11,539 bases of DNA from Candidatus Poribacteria bacterium. GTDB taxonomy: Bacteria; Poribacteria; WGA-4E; UBA9662. This document shows, piece after piece, positions 6,770 through 11,539 of the stretch. The notes under the pieces are model-generated. The model searched no databases. It was not told the origin of the DNA and worked only from the letters and a program-made list of their open reading frames with translations. The position numbers and the translations under genes were made by a program. The stretch is taken from assembly GCA_046582655.1 (NCBI GenBank), contig JAYGDX010000032.1, positions 1 through 11,539 of the forward strand, written 5' to 3'. The stretch's first letter is position 1. Each line of letters starts with the position of its first letter.

Positions 6770-7773
6770 TTAATTTGATCCTGACACACAGCGAAATCCG
6801 CTGTTGAAGTACCTATTATTCAGAGTGTTGAAGAAGCAATAAGGAACACGCAGGCGGTTAGTCCCGTTGGCCCAAGAACCCCCACGCAACACTCTGATGT
6901 CTTTATCACCATCATACCAATTCAAGCACCATTCCCAAACGTTGCCTGACATATCAAACAAACCGTAACCGTTCGGCTTAAGACTACCTATTGGTGCCGT
7001 GGACTGATCCCACTTATCCTTGCCACCAATACCCTCGCAATTCGCATAGTCTCTGGCAACACTTTCATCATCACCTCAAGAATAAATTTTATCAACTAAG
7101 CCACCCCGTACTGCATATTCCCATTCTGTTTCAGTCGGTAACCTTTTGCCTGCCCACTCACAATAAGCAGTCGCATCGCGCCAACTGAGTTCGATCATCG
7201 GGTGCCTGTCCGTAGGTGAATACACAGACACAACTCCCCAACGATTGTATTCATAGCCTGTTCTGCTAACAAACTTCTTGAACTGACCAACCGTTACCTC
7301 ATATTTATCCATATAGAAAGCATTCACATCAACTCCCACTAGAAAGCTGCTGACACCTTTAGGAATAAGAACCATCCCCGGAGGAGGACGTACTTCAACC
7401 TCTTCAAACAAGTTTCTTTTCATTCACCTGAAAACTGGCTTTAACAGTACCAGCAGTATTCTTCCAAGAAACAATAAAAACGGTAACTTTCCCCCGACAC
7501 TAAACCTGAATAGCTAATCGTTGCCTGATTATCAACTAATGGTAAAGACGGACCATTTTCCAAAGCCCCCCGTTCGTGTACGGTTACAATGATAATTCCT
7601 TTTTCAACGTTTGAACTATCATCAAAGGTAATGACTAAGACACCCTCAGAATCGATTTGGCTGCCAATAGCAGGTAAGGTTCCCATAACTTTGGCAACGC
7701 CTCCTAAGTCATCTTCACCCCACCCCGCTAAAACAAAGATCATCAGCAACACAACAATAATTTTTTTCAACAT
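6770..7773 (-). pseudogene. Lipoprotein with N-terminal beta-sandwich region and C-terminal FGE-sulfatase (SUMF1/EgtB/PvdO, CLec-fold) domain, disrupted
   Basis: ORFs 7076..7423 and 6770..6961 are in one frame, split by TGA 7078-7076 at the Trp of the Y-x-W-G motif (KIYS*GDDESVARDYAN...TAPIGSLKPNGYGLFDMSGNVWEW...VLRGGSW...GFRCV). Also MVLIPKG, FYMDKYEVTVGQF, WAGKRLPTETEWEYA. The upstream ORF (ATG 7773, MLKKIIVVLLMIFVLAG-W-GEDD) can be joined by two frameshifts near 7490 and 7415 through a KVTVFIVSWKNTAGTVKASFQVNEK segment. The join is inferred; the FGE part is solid. Confidence 0.75.
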
Positions 7774-7904
7774 GACATTCACCTTATATTTAAATTCTAA
7801 CTTAAATACAAGACAGAGGTAAATCTGAATTCCTTCCGCTATTTTGATGGAGACAATCCCAGCTATGAATAAAAAAAACAGACAGCAGCATCTGCCTTTT
7901 CCTG

Positions 7905-7913
7905 ACTATACCA
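7905..7913 (-). promoter_or_regulatory. Possible extended -10 promoter for the lipoprotein-FGE gene
   Basis: Minus strand TGGTATAGT about 130 nt upstream of ATG 7773; no convincing -35. Confidence 0.3.
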
Positions 7914-7969
7914 TATCCCAGCCCAAGAAACTTTCAGGTGGTAAGGCAAATACACCAGAAATGGTGAAG

Positions 7970-8278
7970 TTAGATCCAGCTGTAGACCGCAGATTGCAAA
8001 ACTAGGCTCAAGATTGGCCAGAAGTAACCGTGTAAAATCTTGAGCGCTCCAGCTTCCTGACGACAACCATCGACATACCGCGTCAACAAGCGATCCCACT
8101 CCCAACCGTCCTGATGCATCTGCGGGTTACTCTTCCGAACCTCCGAGGCCATCGCCGAAATCTCGGCATCGAAGACACCTGAATAGTCCGGCAAAGGATG
8201 CTTCAGTTTGGCGTTATCTTGGGTTGATGACGATGAGGTGACTACAACGAATACAAACTGAATACCCCAAAGTCTCAT
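7970..8278 (-). pseudogene. Truncated N-terminal fragment of a paralog of the upstream heparinase-like gene
   Basis: HPLPDYSGV...GWEWDRLLTRYVDGCRQEAGALKILHGYF aligns with HPQHSYTDV...GWWRWDRLRQRYVDSGRKEENSLRILCGVF of the 10398 gene. Strong AAAGGAA RBS; ATG is 21 nt after the upstream stop. Similarity ends near 8010. Confidence 0.75.
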
Positions 8279-8299
8279 GGTGATTCCTTTACTGTCCGA

Positions 8300-10398
8300 C
8301 TAGCGTTTTACAGACCAAACACCATCGCTTTCGATGACAACGCGAACACCACCGACAAAAGTGATGAATGTTCCGGAACGCTTAATAACCGATTTAATAT
8401 CATCGATAATCTCCTCTGGACGCTTGGCTAAGCAATGCGGCACCAGCACGCTTAAAAAGCGCTCCGTCTTTCCGGCAGCGATTGGGCGATATGCAAAAGT
8501 AGTCGTGTTTGGATCGATGTCTTGCGATTCATTTTGCTGAACAGAGCCAAATTTCAAGTTGCCATCGTCGTGGATATAAACTATCATGCCGATCTTCTTT
8601 TTTTGCCACCAAGCTCGATCGATTGCCGGAGCGCTGAACCAATTTTGCTCCTGCGGCCCGGTCACTTTTCCCTCCACCTTGGCCAAGTGCCAAATTGGTC
8701 CAGCCAAGTAGTCGTCACCCAGTGACTCACCCCCTTTGTATTCGTCAGCAACGATTAAATACCCTTCAGCTGTGAGTGCCGCGCGACGTGTCCATTGGCT
8801 TCCCAGACCGAAAAAGTCATTGAAGCCAAACTGGCCAAACGAGTCTCCTGAACTGTTGTTCTCCGCCTTGGCAAAGTCGGACAGATGTTTGGCAAAACCC
8901 ATCCGCTTAAAGTCACGCTCGTCGCCTGCCGGTCGGGATGGATCGGAAACGGATGCCGTTTGTGCAGCACCAACAATGAGTCGAGACTTTCCTCACCAGT
9001 GCCTCCTCCCTTGAGGTTGTTGCCTGAATAGACGTTGTTGTACTTGCCGGAAGTGTGCAGAAGTTTCACCCCATTGACAGAATATTCGTAAAGATGACCC
9101 GCTACGTTGTCCAAATGGTTATCCTTTTTGTCGTAGAGAATAAAGGCAACAAAAGGCTTCTCCGGTTCGCGTCCAGCGTTGAGATAAACGCGCTCCTTCA
9201 CCTTGTATTTGAGTGCACTCAGCAAACCAATCTTGGCGCTGCTGGCTGGCAGCTTCGGCTTGATACCACGTTTGACAAACCAAGCGAATCGTTCGTTGTA
9301 GGCCGCTTGGTATTCGGCAGGCACCTTGCCGCTGGGAGGGCGTCCACCCAATGCAACCTGCTCGGCAGCCCAGAGGTATTCGGGATTCCTGTAATGCTGG
9401 GCCATGCGATACCAAAAATTGCCATCGCGACTCGACGTTTCAATATTGTAGTAACCCACATTCCATGGATCGGCATAAACCTGAGACAGGTCTTTCCGAA
9501 CCTGCGCACCACAGTTGGGATTCCCACGAACGCCACCACCATGAATAAACCCAAGGCAACGTTGGCCAATCGTGTTGATCAATTCGCGTTCGGTGTCAAT
9601 GCGACCGGTCGCCTCCGCAATGTCCAACATACCATGCAGGAAAATTGGCCCGTACGGGTAATAGTTCCACTCCATCCAATCGCCATAATCGGCCATGTGC
9701 GCCCAGATTCGATCGAGCCAAGCGCGAGCCTTTTTCGCCTGCGGTGCATCGGGAAACAACTTCAGCGCCAACGCCACACCACCCCCGTTGCCGAAGGAGT
9801 GGTTGTCCGCCCGCTGCGAACCCTTGGTGGAATCAAGAAACCGCGGCTCTAAACTTTGATGGACGATTTTTTTAAAAATCGCCTTCTCCTCGGCAGTGAG
9901 TGCATTTTGCCGGATCAACTCTTCGTAGATGCGCATTCGGCATGCACTCCCCCAACCGCCATGATAGCCGCCTCCGTGCAGATCGCGCACTAGCATCCAG
10001 CCTTCATCGGCTTTTTTTGCTGTTTTGTCGCCGCTGTTCGTGGTAAATAGGATGTACATCAAATCACCTTCGCCCTTGGCTTCCAATTTGACGTACCAAT
10101 CGATAATCAAACCCCGGAACACACCACACAAAATCCGCAGTGAGTTTTCCTCCTTGCGCCCGCTGTCGACGTAACGTTGCCGCAAGCGATCCCACCTCCA
10201 CCAACCGCGGGAAAACGAATACTTCTCCTCATTTACGAGCGCTTTCCGCAGGACTTCCTCCAAATCTTCAATGTTTTCGACATCAGTGTACGAATGCTGA
10301 GGATGCTGCGACATCAACTCTTCATTTGCTTCCGCCTTGGCCAGGACAAAGCCGCAAAAAGCAATTGCGACACAAAACTGCTTCAACTGATTTATCAT
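8300..10398 (-). pseudogene. Secreted heparinase II/III-like (polysaccharide lyase-type) protein, ~699 aa, single frameshift at ~8925
   Basis: ORF 8755..10398 joins ORF 8300..8902 by restoring one G: CAT CCC GAC CGG CAG (G)GC GAC GAG CGT GAC TTT AAG CGG ATG = HPDRQGDERDFKRM. Signal peptide. The helical region DNHSFGNGGGVALALKLFPD...GDWMEWNYYPYG and NHLDNVAGHLYEYSVNGVKLLHTSGKY resemble the alpha-toroid plus beta-sandwich heparinase II/III architecture. The frameshift is well supported; the family call is moderate. Confidence 0.65.
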
Positions 10399-10401
10399 TA
10401 T

Positions 10402-11325
10402 CTAATTTGTTCCTTCAGAGCGTCTATGGGATTTCCAGCGTTTGGCCGCTGACCCTGAACGTCGCCGACTGGACGGCCCCAGCCTTGGCCAATCCGAAAT
10501 TGCGCGTTGTATTAGATTATGTGTGACTTTTTGTACCCGCTTATCCAGACCATGCGGACGAGACCAGTGTGACCAAGGAAGCATATGGCTCAGTGGGCTG
10601 GACAATCCTTGGCACCAAAAAATTGTCGCCGCATTAAACACAAAGTTCTCTTTTGGTCCTAAGTAAATGGTTGAAGTCCATTGCATAGGTTGGACTCCTC
10701 TGTGTAAGGCTGTACCTTCGGCCACTACCTCTAGTCCGGGTAGGTCTAGCCACGATATTCCCAACCAAACCAGGAATCCAATCGCCTTTTTTCACACCCG
10801 TGCCCTCGAAGATCCAGTGATCAGATTGGGTGACCATCCAGTCTCAACCACCGTTGACTGGTATGACATCGCGCGCACCCATCAAATATCCTTCATCGGG
10901 ACCGCGTTCTAGAAATAGCCCGTCATCTTCTTCTCGTTGTATGGCCCATTGTGTGACATAATACGATGAGGGCGTCCATCAGAACTCGGTTGCATTGATG
11001 TAACCCAGCAAACTGAATTACCTGAAAAGAACAACAGATTGATACTTGAATCCCACATCTGTTCTACATTTCGGTACTGCCGTAGATCCCAATATTCATC
11101 GTGCCCAATACTCAAGAAGGCTTTGCAACGCAAGTTCGGTTCAACAAGATCGCTATTTGAGCAATAAGTGACATCATAGCCGTTTTGTTCTAGCCAATAA
11201 GCAAAGGGAAACTCAAAGCAGAGCCAATCGACTGTGGATTCTGGTAGATCTGTACATAACTTGCTGTAAGGTTGGTCAAAGCTGGCTTGTGCCCACGGCC
11301 CAAGCACACCTTTGGAATATGAGAT
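10402..11325 (-). pseudogene. N,N-dimethylformamidase beta-subunit family (DMFA2_C/DUF6605) protein, 5'-truncated and multiply disrupted
   Basis: Motifs SFDQPY, FEFPFAYWLEQNGYDVTYCSN, FLSIGHDEYW, NLLFFSGNSVCW; then a frameshift near 10913 to ERGPDEGYLMGAR..PVNGG*DW (TGA 10846-10844) and HWIFEGTGVKKGDWIPGLVG; then frameshift(s) near 10760 to LPGLEVVAEG...NFVFNAATIFWCQGL...RVQKVTHNLIQRA. Confidence 0.85.
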
Positions 11326-11515
11326 GGCAAAATGATTCAAGAGGAACCAACCACCTGTCTTTCTGAATTAACGGCGATGGAATCAATTTTACCGGTTCGC
11401 TGTCTATTAGAAGTGTCAGTTTCTTCATGGGTTTTCCTTTGTTCGATTCAGCCTGCGCTGGCATCATAATCAGCATGTTCAAAAGTAAAATTATCACAAT
11501 CATAGTTTTATTCAT
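11276..11515 (-). pseudogene. 5' fragment of a secreted copper-amine-oxidase-N-terminal (stalk) domain-like protein
   Basis: Signal peptide ending AQA, then LTLLIDSEPVKLIPSPLIQKDRWLVPLESF, resembling the stalk-domain start (P-x-I-x-x-x-R-x-L-V-P-L). After ~11325 it runs out of frame into the DMFase-like sequence. Confidence 0.5.
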
Positions 11516-11539
11516 TTTATTATCTTTTCTCAGACTTTA

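Noticed and set aside
7076..7078. In-frame TGA in the FGE domain as selenocysteine or recoded Trp
   Set aside because: It falls at the conserved Trp of Y-x-W-G (TGG to TGA), not a Cys. I see no SECIS-like hairpin and the gene has other lesions. TGG encodes Trp throughout, and TGA ends the propeller gene (5214-5212), so an alternative genetic code is unlikely.
9055..9852. 265-aa plus-strand ORF, and other plus-strand ORFs such as 15..521, 2623..2925, 4387..4731, 5059..5415 and 10140..10526
   Set aside because: They are antisense shadows of well-supported minus-strand genes, with no recognisable motifs.
10844..10846. In-frame TGA in the DMFase-like gene as Sec or code-25 Gly
   Set aside because: It lies between frameshifts in a clearly decayed gene; a GGA to TGA nonsense change is the simplest explanation.
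1..11539. CRISPR array, tRNA (including selC), rRNA, transposase, integrase or reverse transcriptase
   Set aside because: No regularly spaced repeats, cloverleaf motifs, or DDE, tyrosine-recombinase or YxDD signatures were seen by eye.

Overview
Bacterial genomic window with every credible gene on the minus strand. The gene content (FGE-sulfatase/CLec proteins, HEAT-repeat lipoprotein, DUF5916, Trx7/PDZ protein) suggests Ca. Poribacteria or a PVC-like organism; this is inference. The left half (1-5900) is intact: a 5-blade beta-propeller gene, then a likely operon of a CBM9/DUF5916 outer-membrane protein, a Trx7/PDZ protein, and an exported coiled-coil protein with an orphan NolW (secretin-N) domain. 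The main finding is that the ORF-track fragments 2354-2563 and 1259-2296 form one 434-aa gene with two in-frame UGA codons three codons apart (FR-U-VP-U-EA-C). Both UGAs sit at family Cys positions and are followed by an fdhF-like SECIS hairpin, giving a candidate exported di-selenocysteine UxxUxxC thioredoxin with a CxxCH motif and two PDZ domains. The right half (6300-11539) is largely decayed: a HEAT-repeat lipoprotein, a lipoprotein-FGE/CLec gene whose 3' end resembles a DGR variable region, a frameshifted heparinase II/III-like gene with a truncated tandem paralog, and a broken N,N-dimethylformamidase-beta-like gene fused to the 5' end of a stalk-domain gene.
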